From NCBI GenBank assembly GCA_976226885.1, contig OZ320316.1, positions 86,490,001 to 86,554,000 on the forward strand: 64,000 nt of DNA. The letters run 5' to 3'. Shown here piece by piece: positions 1-12,353 of the stretch. The notes beneath the pieces are model-generated. The model worked only from the letters and a program-made list of their open reading frames with translations. It was not told the origin of the DNA and ran no database searches. The DNA is from Iphione sp. A-MEVVRFRX5. Taxonomy: Eukaryota. The translations under genes and the position numbers were made by a program. Within the stretch, counting starts at the first letter, position 1; each line of letters opens with the position of its first letter.

Positions 1-114
1 CGACTTTACCAGGCAGGACTTCAAATAGTGCTCTTTCTAATCAGATGGCCTGCAATAGTCAAATCTTGAGGAAAGTAAATCTTAGATGTTGTCTGTGTCA
101 GTCGGTGGTTCCAG

Positions 115-255
115 NNNNNNNNNNNNNNNNNNNNNNNNNNNNNNNNNNNNNNNNNNNNNNNNNNNNNNNNNNNNNNNNNNNNNNNNNNNNNNNNNNNNNN
201 NNNNNNNNNNNNNNNNNNNNNNNNNNNNNNNNNNNNNNNNNNNNNNNNNNNNNNN
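115..255. other. Assembly gap (141 N)
   Basis: Run of N from 115 to 255. Confidence 0.99.
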
Positions 256-1171
256 AGGGTGTGGAGTGACACCTCAGTTATCTCCTTAGCCAGATCTACT
301 TACATATTAGGACAGCATGATCATGTGACATGGGTGTTTGCTTTACTATAGAATTCTATGGACCTTGCATCCGATTGTGATGTGTACCCACCCTAGATGG
401 GTTGGGCTTTTGGATTCAGATGCGACTGCAGGAGGACAGGACACATCTGAATGGGGTAGTTATTTTCTGAGGCCCAGGAAGAAATTGCACACTGCTGTGA
501 GAAGCAGGAGGTTTCCACTCTCGGATGCGATTCTGAAAAATCTGACCGCGTACATGTAAATGGCACCTAAAATTGCATATTCACTGACAAACATTAAACA
601 AATGTAATTTGTAGCAAAGCTTGGCAATTCTTTGTGGCACGAGTTGGTCAAGGCACGATCTTATTCGGGTGCGGGTCAGTCAAAACTGTTGATCGAGACA
701 TAAATAGTTCGAGGCATAAGTAGTTGGAGGCATTATTGATGAAATCGGTTAATCCACCAGCTGGAGTTGGTGTAAGCTTAGTGGTCTATGTTGAGGTGAG
801 TTGATTATGGTATGAATTGGAATATGGTATTAAAGTTGGTCAGTGTGAAAATTAGTTACAATGGGAGAAGCCTAGAAACTAACAGAATGTAACAAGTGTT
901 GCGTGCACTAACAGAGGTCCCAGCCAGTTTCAAAAGACAAACCTAATTATCTTAAAGGCTATGAGTATGATGGTAAAAGTGACACGTTTTACCTACTACT
1001 ATGGTGTAAAGCTGAATCCACAATAAAACAGTAGAAATTTGTGATATTCCATCAATTGGGAAAAGCGAGATATAACAGATTCTTCAAGAATGGGCATTAG
1101 GCAAATATGCCTGTCTTTAATCAACCTCTTGAGTGAGGCTCATATAGGAACATATCTGCTCTTATAATTTA

Positions 1172-1349
1172 CAGTCGAAAGGCTCTAATCAGGACACCCT
1201 TGGTTCTGTCCCAAAGTGACCCCATTTAAGACGTGTCCCTATTAGAGACCTCTTTTAATATAGAACAAATAGAATCTGTTCTCCCCCAAAGTATCCCTAT
1301 TAGAGACATATCCCTATTGGAGACCTGTCCCTAAGGTGGCTTTCCACTG
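1172..1349. mobile_element. Tc1/mariner-pogo-type MITE
   Basis: Ends are TA|CAGTCGAAAGGC and GGCTTTCCACTG|TA (reverse complement CAGTGGAAAGCC), with TA on both sides. The interior has repeated GTCCCTATTAGAGAC-like motifs and no ORF. Confidence 0.7.
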
Positions 1350-4300
1350 TATATGTAATAATGAAAGCCAGATAGAAAATCTTCAAGCTAACTTGATATG
1401 TTACATAATGAAACTCGCATGCTTCCTCCTTACAAATAATATAAGGATCAAGCGAACCAGACTGGTGACAGCTACGTGTTAATTTTGCTATTATATCCTA
1501 AATACATTTAGATAGGTGTACGATCGAAATTTGCTGTCAAGCCATTGTTTTGAGGAAATTAACAAATGAATGGGAAGTAAAATATCAAAAACATTAAATT
1601 ATGCAGAATGATGAGAAGGCTCTTTGAAATGCTAATAAGTTTCAATTTAGTTGATCTAAATAGTTGTCCTCTGATTACGGCAGCCTCTGCTGAGCGAACC
1701 GGTATTGGTTTATAATCAATCTTCTTCTGTCAATCAGAAAACAAGCGGAGGAGAAAGTCCAATATGCACGGGCTAGCATCCTATCACGTCGCCTGTATCA
1801 ATTCTACGTTAAAAGGACATGGGTTGACTATAAGGGAATGTAATCGCCTGAAAAATCGACATAATTGCTCTTCTTGCGGTATCTCACAGTGAAATAACTC
1901 GCCAGCAGAATCTGAATGAATCCTCTCACTTCAGGCAAAAAACGTCACGAGTCACCTCTTGAATTTCCCTAAGGATTATTGAGCGACAATCTAATTCGGA
2001 AATCTCTTCAAAAACGAGGCCATTCTTATCGAAATAGGTTTAATTTGATTTAGTATGAAGATTGTGGCAATAAAGCATCGTCGGCTTCGTCTTGTCGTCC
2101 GTTCCCTGTCATAGTCTTACGAGAATATGATTTGAATTGAAACTCGTGACGTGAGCTGCGGAGAAAGAGGCCCTTGGCACGAGTTCAAGGTATTCATTAT
2201 AGCCACATAAATACCTACTTGCTATTGTCAGTGATTTATCACAACCTAATATTGAACACATCGGTGAGATCAATGACAGTGCAAACCAAAATTGAGGCAC
2301 TTAGGACAGCGCATAATTAGAATTATTAACCTCACTAACGCACAAGGCATACGTGCCAACATCGCATTCCTGAATTAATACTATTTCCTATGAGATCAAT
2401 GCTCTTTGCACTTTAGCCTTTCCCCCTCTACACCTTAGCATTTACAACCTGGACGATGTAATGTTGTCAATACGTCCAAACGAGATAATTTTGAAAAATC
2501 ATCATTGCATTGATAGTCATTTACAAATTAAAATGTATGTGGTGAGTAAGGAGGTAATTACACATCGGATGTAAGACGCGAAAGGGAAATTGATGCCCAT
2601 CATATAAGTGGTTCATTATCTCCTTAATTTGAATGTGAGGTGGCCGCGAGGGTCCCGACAAGAACGCTGTGCGTCACCATGTTAAAATAGGTCATCATAA
2701 ATCTATTCTTGCTGTCTAAAAGTGTAATTCAATAAATCACTGAGTAAACCGAATTTAACACTCGCGTGTGTCCCTCGCAACCCTCGACGCTCATCTCACG
2801 GCGGAGATTTCTGGCGGAGGCGCTTTTTATCGGAAAAAAAGGTGGAAATGAAGCTACGTATAGATTGATACAAACATCGACATATTTTTTTAAAATGTCG
2901 TGGTTGGTATGGATACACAATATATAGCATGCCGTGTCCAGTGTAGCATGAATAGTACCATTTGTCCTTTGTGCATATAGCATTGTGGACCAGGTCTCTT
3001 CTAAAGGTTGATTGGAATACTGTATCTGAGCACGTATTGCTTAGTTGATGAGGTGTAGTGACATCCTTGTGGTAAATTTGTCATCATATGGTTGCATACC
3101 AGTGTACACTGATGTTGAATATAGGTATGTTTCGAAAAATAATTCTTTGCGGGTCCCTCGTATAAGCATCTCGGTTGCTACATTGTACTATGCGAATCTG
3201 AAAACTTACCGAGTGTTTGCCGATAGCAATATTACGGTGGAGAATAACAAAGCCTCGATCGACATTATGCACGACAACCAATAGCATGGAATCAGAGGCA
3301 GGAAGCTGTCCACTGTTTGTCACCCGTCATCACCATAATAGTTATTCAGACAATAGACGGAAGCTCAACAATGACATATATTACTATGTACATGTATTGC
3401 CATTGTTAGTAGTGCATGAAGTTGGGCCTCTGGCTCAGGGAATGAATGACAGGATAGTGACCAATAGGTACACTACAGCCGGCAAAATGTTTGCCTTCGG
3501 ATCATATGGATGCGTTTGCTCTAGAAAAACAACTGGGGGAAAAGTGCTTTACTCATAAATGCCATTTGGCCTTTGCTTGCTGGGTGGTAACAGCAGTCTC
3601 TTTGCCCGCCCGCAAATTTACGCTGCGCTTATCACAGGAGTCAAAGTCTGAACGCAGGTCCTCGGTAGGCTGTCTAATATGTAACTAAATCGCCGGCGAC
3701 AAACATGACAGCGATGGAACAGGAGTCGCGAGGTTGCTTCTGATGCCTGTCAGCGGCGGCGATCCTGTAACCTTCACCAGTCTCCAGGTGAGACAAGCGA
3801 TCTTCGGCCAACGACAGCGGCCGGCCATGCAGCTCTGACCGCAGCCTCCCCGCTGGCGGGGCCGGCAGCGGCGGCGGGCCGCCTGAAGTACTAAGTCATG
3901 TACAGAGGAAGCCCCGCCGTCTTCGGCGCCCACCATCGCGTTGGCCTGCAGCACACACAAGCTCGCCGCCACTGAGAGCAGCAGATAAGATTACCACGAC
4001 TGCTGCCGATCGCTATCTAGCTGGTCGGCCGACGCATCTGATGGCAACTAATCATGCCAGTCGCGATTCTCGGGTGATAGCAGGTGGACCACGCCCCTGG
4101 GGACGTATCCTGTAGGGGCCTGTCGCAGTCGCCGCTCGGTTTCACAGGGCGTGGTCAAAAGTCACCGCGTAGTAGAAAGCTTCTATGTTGGCAACTGAGG
4201 CGCTGTTGCGTGATCAAGCTTTTAAAGGCCCATGGGGACGACATGAGCAAATTTACTTTGGATTCCAGCAAAATATTTATGAGCTTTTAAGATGCCGTCC

Positions 4301-5963
4301 TGCTATACCAACAGACATGAAGTAAATATGTGAGAAAGAAATGCCCAGACGACATGCTGGGGAATAGTATAGTTGTTAAAGCCGTCCTTAAAGCATTGCC
4401 TCACAACACCAACAACTTATTGATGGAAATTTAGGTAGTCAGGGAGAGGTTTTTTTAGCACAGCCAAAATACAATCGATCTCTCCGCAGGATTATTTCGG
4501 CTTTGCTTGCGTTACATGTCATTTCAAACCACTTTGAATAAAATTCCTTATGGGCCTTACTGTTTGGGTCCTCCTCATATTGGTTGATTTTGTTTATGAT
4601 TTATCCTGAGCATAATTCAACAGCAGTGCATGTATAGCTGTAAAGGGGGCTCCGACTACAAGGATCGGATAACGCAAGTTAAAAATGTATCCTTTGACCT
4701 GCCGCATCTCAGCCTTGATAAAACACTTTCCATCAAGGTTCCCTCGCACACCATGGCTTTTGGCTATATTTCTTAACAACCTATAGGAATAGATCTGTTT
4801 CTTCTAGAGCTGCGCCTTTAGCATGCTCTTAATAATTTCCCTCGTGACCATCTCCGTGTAAAATAACAAACACATTCCCTGGGTACACCAGTATACTTCA
4901 GATTATCAGAGAATCACTGATGGATTCCTGAGGAAAGGATTGCTTCAAGGGAAAGCGGGTCGCAATACTTAGCAATGACAACGCCATCGATAAGGATATA
5001 TAAAAAAAAACTGCAGTCCTACAGAACAGATATCTTTCCCCTATTCGGTCATATAACTGCGAATATTTTCTATAGTATCTTACATGAGATGTATAGATTT
5101 AGCAGAATGTTTACATAAAATTGTTTATAATCTTGATAGATGATTGAGAATTATGGCATTGAAAATCCACTTGTTCGCATTCGGATAATTAAGGATGATT
5201 CCTGTAAATATTGAAGAGTGTGTTCTGTGAATTACTGCGATATCTTTACGGTCTTTCTTTGCAACGGTTTTTTCAATTCATACTATTGGCCTTGTATGAA
5301 AGACACGATATGGGGATAAGCGAATGGTGTAGGTAAAGATCACTGGTTTTATAGCTAATGGCGAAAGGTCCAGGACTTTCTGTTCTGCGTCTCTTCAGCT
5401 ATCTCGAGTAATGATACACATTGCAGCAGGGGCAACAAATCAGGTTCGTCATTGTTACGAATTCGTCGGAGAGATTTGCGATCATGACAGTTCACCATTG
5501 TTTATATTCCTTTTCTCCATATGAAACCAGTCAGAGAAAATACACCATAGGCACAAGTATCATTGAGTTACTGTAAATAAATATGAGGCCTATAAGAATG
5601 CCTAAAGTCTATCTCTATGGTGGTTTGCATGTTGTGAGTCTATCTCCTCCTGTACCATGTGGGGCACTCCAATGAAATTTGGCTTCCCTATGAATTTCGG
5701 TATACCTTATTTATCCTTGTGAGCATTTAATATTGAGTTAAAATGGAAATGATTCATTGGTTATGTTGGAACTAACGATCCACTGGTTTAGTAAGAAAGT
5801 AATGGCAAATCCTTTGTATTTCTATCATTACAGTGCAACTTATAAATGAGTGTCCAGTTAGTGCGCATGAAATATTAACAACAGGAACTGCGCCTGTATA
5901 TTAAATAAAGGTCATATGCTGTCATGATACCAAGATGTTGATGTAGTTGATACAAAAATGTAC

Positions 5964-6900
5964 TTAAAAAGAAAACATGCATACATATATAGATGTTACT
6001 GTAGTACATATATGGATACCTGCAGGGCCTCTATATTCTCCAAAAGAGCAGATAATACCTTTTAAAGGAACAGGTAAAATACAGTGACAGATTGAGATTA
6101 GAGCAATAAGAAATTGGCGAAATGTTGGAAGGATCCTGCTTATTTGGCAGAAAGAGAATTTAACAGAAGATGATGATGATAGAATTGAAGTGGACTCACA
6201 TTTTTCTAAAAACGTGCGTGTGTGTGATTTTATAATGTGCCTGTCTCTTGTCTCGGATGAGTGCTGGCTTGCAAAATCAAGAATGTCCACATGAAATCTG
6301 TGTTCAGTGTCCTTCTGGAATGCAGTGAAAGACTCCCTCTTTATTCAGGAAAGCAGGTCCCTAATGTACAAAGTCTGGCTCTAAAACTAGCCTGTATGAT
6401 GCAATCACCTAAATAAAGACACAATTAACATCTCCTAATTGCATAGTTCCAGCTTGTGTCGGAATTCTTCCAGTTCAAATAGGAATATCTGCAGATTGCA
6501 CTGGGCAATGCCTTTCTATGTCTTGAGTCAGAATAATTCCAACTTGAGACCTAAGGTAACAGTCAACATCTTAAATATTACTACAATTATATTCTACAAA
6601 TATTCTACAATTTGATGCATTTCATCACAGTTTCAGAACCTGACTGACAAATCAGAACCTTCCTGCGAAATGCAACATCCACAGATCCGCCACAGAAATT
6701 CAAACAGTGCTGCTAAGTAGAAACTCTACTAAACCACACATCTAGCCAATTGAGCTTAACAATTCAATCGACCCACGCAGCTGTCATACAACGAGGCAAA
6801 ACATGCACTTATTGTTCACTCTTTGTGACTACATTTATATGGCGTTTCCCTGAAATACACCTGTCTTTACAAAAGGTCCTTTCTTCATATTTGGCACTCT
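5964..6900 (-). pseudogene. Highly decayed non-LTR retrotransposon RT relic (tentative)
   Basis: Minus-strand fragments GVFQGNAI (cf. GVxQG), MLHF-RRK after a frameshift, and YRLVLEPDFVH*G (cf. YxSLVxPxLDY). Many stops and frameshifts. Confidence 0.3.
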
Positions 6901-7349
6901 TCCATTATTCATAGAAAAACACGGTAGGCCTATCCTTACTTTTAATTTTAATAGACTACTGAAGCTCCTTCAATGCACAGATATGCCTGTAAACCATCTC
7001 CACCCAAATTTTCTTAATTTCCAGTTTTAAATTATAAAAAAACTGGACTGCTCTTTATATTCTCCCATTACATGCAATTTCAAGGAATATTATAAGATAG
7101 CGACTAGACGTCTACATCAATGATACTCTACATTCACCTGAAGTATCACCTCGAAGACTGATGAACCTGTTTATCATATATGGCCTTGATATTTAGTATA
7201 GTATTTCTCACTCTTCGCACAGTTGCATATCTGGTGGTGATGCACTTGCTCCTTTCTGTTTAGGATGCAAGTAATTCACCGATCTTTTTTTTTTTTATCA
7301 ACAGTAACATTTGAATTTCCATCACACACATTCTAAGTTATAAGGACTC

Positions 7350-8400
7350 AAAAATGCCTCTTTTAGCACCGGAAAAGCCTGTGAAGCTTGCAGTTTGTCT
7401 ATGCCAGACGAACGTGTCTCTAAATTGGGCAGTGGGTGGAGTTATCTCACCACAAGCGACTGGTGAATTCTATACATGTCAAGCCACCATATATCTACAA
7501 TGTACTAAGAGGATTGCTGAAGAAAACACCTTTTACGTAGTCTGGTAGTAACGATAATTCGATAGTGGCACTACGTGCAAATATATATATGAAATAAGTA
7601 TTTCATAGTTTAACATGTATCCATGAAGCATGTGAAGAAATTACTGAACTGGCCTTTCGAAGTGGTATTGTGCAATATTTCCAGTCGAACAATAATATTA
7701 ATCTCGCGGCAGCAGAACATTTACAAGAGTGACAGATGAAATCTCGGTTGTGTCAATACGCAAGGTTAGAGTGTACAGCTTGAAGCTGTCAGCATGATCA
7801 CAGCTCATCCCCCAAACACCTGGGAATATTAAAGTTACTGCTGCAGGGTACTGCCGACCGATCTCATATTTAATACAGGTGCGATGGTGGAGTTGTACAT
7901 TCAATATCCTCTCTTTTTTTCTGGGTAATTTTCCGAGCTGCTCACTTACATTTCCCCATTCCCGGTTCAATGCTCCGTATTTTATCCGACGTATATGGAC
8001 TTACCTATTCAGTAAAACATTTTGCCTAGTTTATTTAATTTCATGAAATAGAAAAACCTGAGTCTAGTAGAAGAGGATGCATTTCCACTAGAAGGCCTTT
8101 CCTGAAATTCAAAATAAACCCAAGGTTAGAGCGGAGTGCTTTCCTGCAAACACTACGTTGCTCGCACAGTGCTGGTGTCGCCGTAATGCTCTACTGTAGG
8201 TAGTAAGTAGACAAGCGTTCCGGTTAATGAACGGTTGCCTGGCAGTGTCAGAAGCTTGGTCAGGTCCTCAAGGGCCAGCAGGCGGCCGCCTAGACAGGTG
8301 CCGTGAGGTGAGGCCATACAAGTGTGGGGTCTCTGAAGAATCGCACCGATTACCGCACCCCGACCTTTCCTTCCACCCACCAACCACTCACCATACGCTC
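7350..8400 (-). mobile_element. Possible ancient DIRS/Ngaro-like pol relic (tentative)
   Basis: Minus-strand GGRLLALEDLTKLL resembles the GGRLxxFxxxW start of DIRS pol. Downstream, TLRIDTTEISSVTL and FLHMLHGYMLNY resemble LGxxIDT and LxGxLNF. Spacing is shorter than in intact elements. Confidence 0.3.
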
Positions 8401-9362
8401 GGCTCGCGCAGCGGGAGCGGGCGACCGGGGGGTAGGGGATGGCAGGGTCAGAGACCCTTCAACCACGTGTGACCCTCGCAAACGACGTCGGCCACGTGAT
8501 CTGTTTACCAAAATGGCGGCGCAGACACGACGAATGTTTTATTCTTCATTATTTACACTGTGCACCAATGCCTCATCCTAAGTGTACCTTCTCTGCGGCC
8601 TTTACCGTGATCTATGCGGATGACAACGGCTTGCTGGACGACAGGCGCCAATTAATTCGGCTCGCATGTGATTTGTGGCCGCCTCTATAAAGATGGTTAA
8701 GTGCAAGGCGTGCTCGCCAGCCGAGGTCGGCGGACATACGTTCGCTCTGACGGATTTCGGCTCACCAGATGTAAAGCCCTCCTCCTCTTGATCACTTGAA
8801 TATTGGAACGATCAACGCTACGTTAACCTTAAGTAGGCCAAGGCGCGAACGGGTAGAGCATCACCATAGCTTCTCCCGAGTTCCTTCTTTGGATGTCAAA
8901 GATGCATTTAAAGATGGTTGTAATTCTAGTCCGATACAAACCTTGATAAGAACATACAGTGGAACATGGTAAAAAGGCAAGATTTTGCAGTCTCACATGC
9001 ATACATGTACAGTCATATATATAAACACGTGTATGGACACATACAAGTTAATTTGCACAGGGGTGGGGGGAGGGGGCTCAGGAAATGGATTGCGCGTCAC
9101 CAAGAATTTAGATCATCCATAATGCTTCAGCAAAAATAGAGAGCAAGCAGAAAACGCTTCATCAAGAACTGATTCTTTGGTAGCCCTCTTTAGTAACCGC
9201 TCAGAAGCATTTAGCGTATTTTACAGAAAGTAAATAATGGATAGCGGTGAATTAAAATAACCAATAATGCTTCACCAAAATAGTCGTCCCCCCGTGTTTG
9301 CACACCTAACCGGATCTTGCTTTCATATATATTCCACAAACGTAACCAGCCCTCTATGGTAG

Positions 9363-9684
9363 CAGGCCCGTAGCCAGGGGGTATCGGGGGTATCGTCCGA
9401 TACCCCCCAAAAAGCCAGGAGTTCCACCTATCTAGGCCTATAGTACATAGCCAGGAATCAAAAACATGAATAACGCTTAAAGAAGAAACAAAAAATGCTT
9501 CACGAAGAATTGATTTCTTGATCTTCATCACCAAAAAATGCTGAATAACACTTCACCATGATTTGGGAGAGCAAATATCACTTCACCAAGAAGTCCTTTT
9601 TAACCAGGAGTTCCACCTCTCTAGCTAAAAGTTCCACGTCTCTAATTTGAGATACCCCCACAAGACTTCTTGGCTACGGGCCTG
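9363..9684. mobile_element. MITE with CAGGCCCGTAGCCA TIRs and 5-bp TSD (hAT5-like), copy 1, 322 bp
   Basis: Starts CAGGCCCGTAGCCAG at 9363 and ends TTGGCTACGGGCCTG at 9684. GGTAG lies on both flanks (9358-9362, 9685-9689). Subterminal GGGGTATC(G) and GATACCCC repeats. Confidence 0.85.
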
Positions 9685-9686
9685 GG

Positions 9687-10051
9687 TAGTATAATTGATA
9701 CTGTACGTAGCACTCTACGATCACGAGAGGCATAAAGGTGTTATTTCTTTTCAAATCCTGTACACTTCACGACGAGGAAAACACAAACTTACAGGGGAGC
9801 TCTGTCAATGTGATCAGGATTAGTATACTATTATTCATACTGAGCCACCTGAAGTAGGTATCACGTTTTCACTCGCAGGTGCTGATGTTGAATAAGGTGA
9901 AAAGAAACCTACTCACAAGAATTACCTGTGCATTTGTATCTCATTCAACAGTTGTTTACATGTGTACCTTTTCCTTGGATGTCATGAAAAGAAATAACAC
10001 CTTTATGCCTCTCGTGATCATAGAGTGCTAGGTACAGTATCAATTATACTA
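9687..10051. mobile_element. Non-autonomous fold-back DNA element with ~67-bp TIRs
   Basis: 9687-9753 (TAGTATAATTGATACTG...GTTATTTCTTTTCA) is the reverse complement of 9985-10051 with 2 mismatches. The interior is non-coding and no TSD is recognisable. Confidence 0.75.
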
Positions 10052-10641
10052 TCAATTAGACACTTTTATTTCCAGTTGCTGACGTGGTTCTAGGGTCTTC
10101 TTTAATATTTAAAGTACAGTCAATACCAAAAAAGCATAGATGGGAGCTTTGTGTCTAGAGGGAAAGAATCACAACACAACATAACATGTAAAATTACTAG
10201 TAGAAAGTTATATTATCCTATTAAAATTCCTGGAACCATATTCATGGAGGTTATATGAGATAGTGACATCATCATCGTGTGCAACTGAATTTTTTAGATA
10301 CTAAGATAATTAGAATAAAAAAATAGACTGCATTGGGTACATGTCATTTGTTTATAATGGGAGGATATAATATGGGCAGTGGTTTGCACATTTAAGCAAC
10401 CTGGCATATGTACACTATAGCGCTATCCCCATTGGACATATACCTGCCAGATCTGCCACTCTGTGTATGAGAGCAGGTGGACTGCACCAAGGCCAAAAGA
10501 TAAAACTATACCCATGGAAGCATGCTACCTGCACCCACCACCTGGTGCATGTGGAGAGATCGCTTGTTGTCCAGTCTATGTGCACCCCGCCACCTTGTGC
10601 AGACTGATAATAGAATAGAATAGAACAGACTAGAGTAGATA

Positions 10642-10763
10642 GACAGGAATTCAATGAGATCTGCACAAAAAACACATTTTTTTACACAAATCTGACAGGA
10701 ACTTGATGAGATCTGCACAACAAACATATTATTTACACAAATTTGACAGGAATCCAGTGAGAT
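10642..10763 (+). repeat. Tandem repeat, ~51-52-bp unit x2.3
   Basis: GACAGGAA-started units at 10642, 10694 and 10745 (first two GACAGGAA...ATGAGATCTGCACAA...TTTACACAAAT; third partial). Confidence 0.85.
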
Positions 10764-10950
10764 AGACATAGACATAGACGCAGACAGACATAGACATAGA
10801 CATCAGGAAGACAGTGCGTATAGTCTGGATATATGGGGATAGACCCCGCCACCAGTTGCTGAAAGGTCCGGGCTGCATGCATCACACCACAATTTGCATG
10901 TGGAAAATTGGCATGATGGTCAGAAACTGATTTTGGGGTATATATGTCCA

Positions 10951-11223
10951 AAGAGTGCTGAATCTGATGAGTAACAGGACAAAAATTGCTGGATTTGATG
11001 AATAAGAGTCTACAAAGTGCTAAATTTGACGAGTAAATTTCCAAAAAGTGGTGAATTTAATGAGTAAAACTCCAACTAAAAAGTGCTGAATTCGATGAGT
11101 AAGTAGTCTTGAAAGTGGTGAATTAGATGAGTAAGTAGTCCTAAAAGTGGTGAATTTTATGAGTAGAAGTAAAAGAAAGTGCTGAATTTGATGAGTAAAA
11201 GTCCTAAAAGTGGTGAATTTGAC
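10951..11223 (+). repeat. Minisatellite, ~31-35-bp unit x8.5
   Basis: Consensus AAAGTG(C/G)TGAATTTGATGAGTAA-AGTCCTA, head to tail with no unique spacers. Confidence 0.9.
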
Positions 11224-11231
11224 ATTTTGTA

Positions 11232-11367
11232 AGACAATGAAAAACCCTCCATCACTCTGAGCTTGAACATCTAAAGGGTCATGCCAACACCTCTGGTTGC
11301 ACATTAGACAATGAATAACCCTCCAACACTCTGAGCTTGGACATCTACAGGGTCATGCTAACATCTC
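11232..11367 (+). repeat. Tandem duplication, 74-bp period
   Basis: AGACAATGAA(A/T)AACCCTCCA(T/A)CACTCTGAGCTTG(A/G)ACATCTA(A/C)AGGGTCATGC(C/T)AACA at 11232 and 11306. Confidence 0.9.
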
Positions 11368-11637
11368 AATTGGTAAGAAATCAATATTAAAATACATTTG
11401 AAATGGCTGTAGCATGGGTGGTCATAGGCCGAAATTGGTCGGAAATCGATTTGGTCAGAAATTGATGATTTCACTTATGTATTATCTATAGACAGAATTT
11501 CAGTTCTGAGTGAAACAGTTGCATGGAGCAAATTTGCTCAGAAATTGATGCAGTTGCAAGTAATGTTTCGAATGTATAACAAGGGAAGTGTATAGTACAT
11601 TGCTATGTTAAGCTCACTTGCTCACTGAAATTCTGTA

Positions 11638-11970
11638 AGGCCTAAACAAAAATATTTGTGTTTCCGGTAACCCAAATGACCCTGATTTTAGTGCCAAATC
11701 AACATTTCTTTTTTTCATTTGTGCATAGTGTTGGCATGGATAATGGTAGAACTTCATGCAATACAACATTATGTTCCTTATGTTAGTAGCTTTCATTTGA
11801 TATAAGTTTCATTAGGATCTGAGCAGTACAAGTGACATTACCATATACATTTGCAGGTGTAAGTATGAAATAATACTGGGGAAATTGAAAAATGAAAAGA
11901 ATGTAACCTACGGACCAACCCTCTCATTTTTTATCATGTTAGCAGAACCTACAACTTACTTTTTAGGCCG
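11638..11970. mobile_element. Kolobok-like MITE (degenerate)
   Basis: Left end AGGCCTAAACAAAAATATTTGTGTTTCCGGTAACC and right end ...ACTTACTTTTTAGGCC form imperfect TIRs. The terminal style resembles the element at 47999-48335. Confidence 0.5.
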
Positions 11971-12229
11971 AATGCATCAAAATTGTTAAAAAGAGGGGCA
12001 TTGAAATCCCTTACACAGTGATATATGAAGTTCCTGGGACATATAGTACCTTACTCTTGTGAGTGTAAATGGACTTTGTTGCCGCTTACTGTCCTTTATG
12101 TTTATGTACAGTCACTATGTTCGAGTGTGATGTCCGGTTTTATTTGTCGTGCAGTTGATGACTTAAGAGACTAAAAGCAGTTACTTTCTCAACTTTCTCA
12201 CTATTCAGCTTTAGACGAAGATCAAAACC

Positions 12230-12353
12230 AGTGAAATAGCTCCGCACTTGATCGATGCTAGCAGTGCCATTGACATACAAAAGTATTTAGACCTAAATAC
12301 TTTTGTATGTCAATGGCACTGCTAGCATCGATCAAGTGCGGAGCTATTTCACT
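12230..12353. repeat. Perfect palindrome: 61-bp arms, 2-nt loop
   Basis: 12230-12290 is the exact reverse complement of 12293-12353. The loop is AC at 12291-12292. Confidence 0.98.

Noticed and set aside
600-5500. Faint LINE-like phrases (VKISYNGRSLE at ~860+, SIILREIQ / PCILDFLL at ~1750-2000 minus, LLRNIAKSHGVRG at ~4760 minus, LENYGIE at ~5145+)
   Set aside because: Each is too short and eroded to assign by eye. They would need a frameshift-aware profile search.
8513-8581. MAAQTRRMFYSSLFTLC as a mitochondrial-presequence first exon
   Set aside because: It hits a stop at 8579-8581 with no usable splice donor and no downstream exons.
8840-8890. tRNA or SINE A-box-like GGGTAGAGCA
   Set aside because: No properly spaced B box and no cloverleaf. 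No tRNA or rRNA gene was seen anywhere in the window.
10951-11223. CRISPR-like array of ~32-bp repeats
   Set aside because: Units are head to tail with no unique spacers, there are no cas genes, and the context is eukaryotic. It is a minisatellite.
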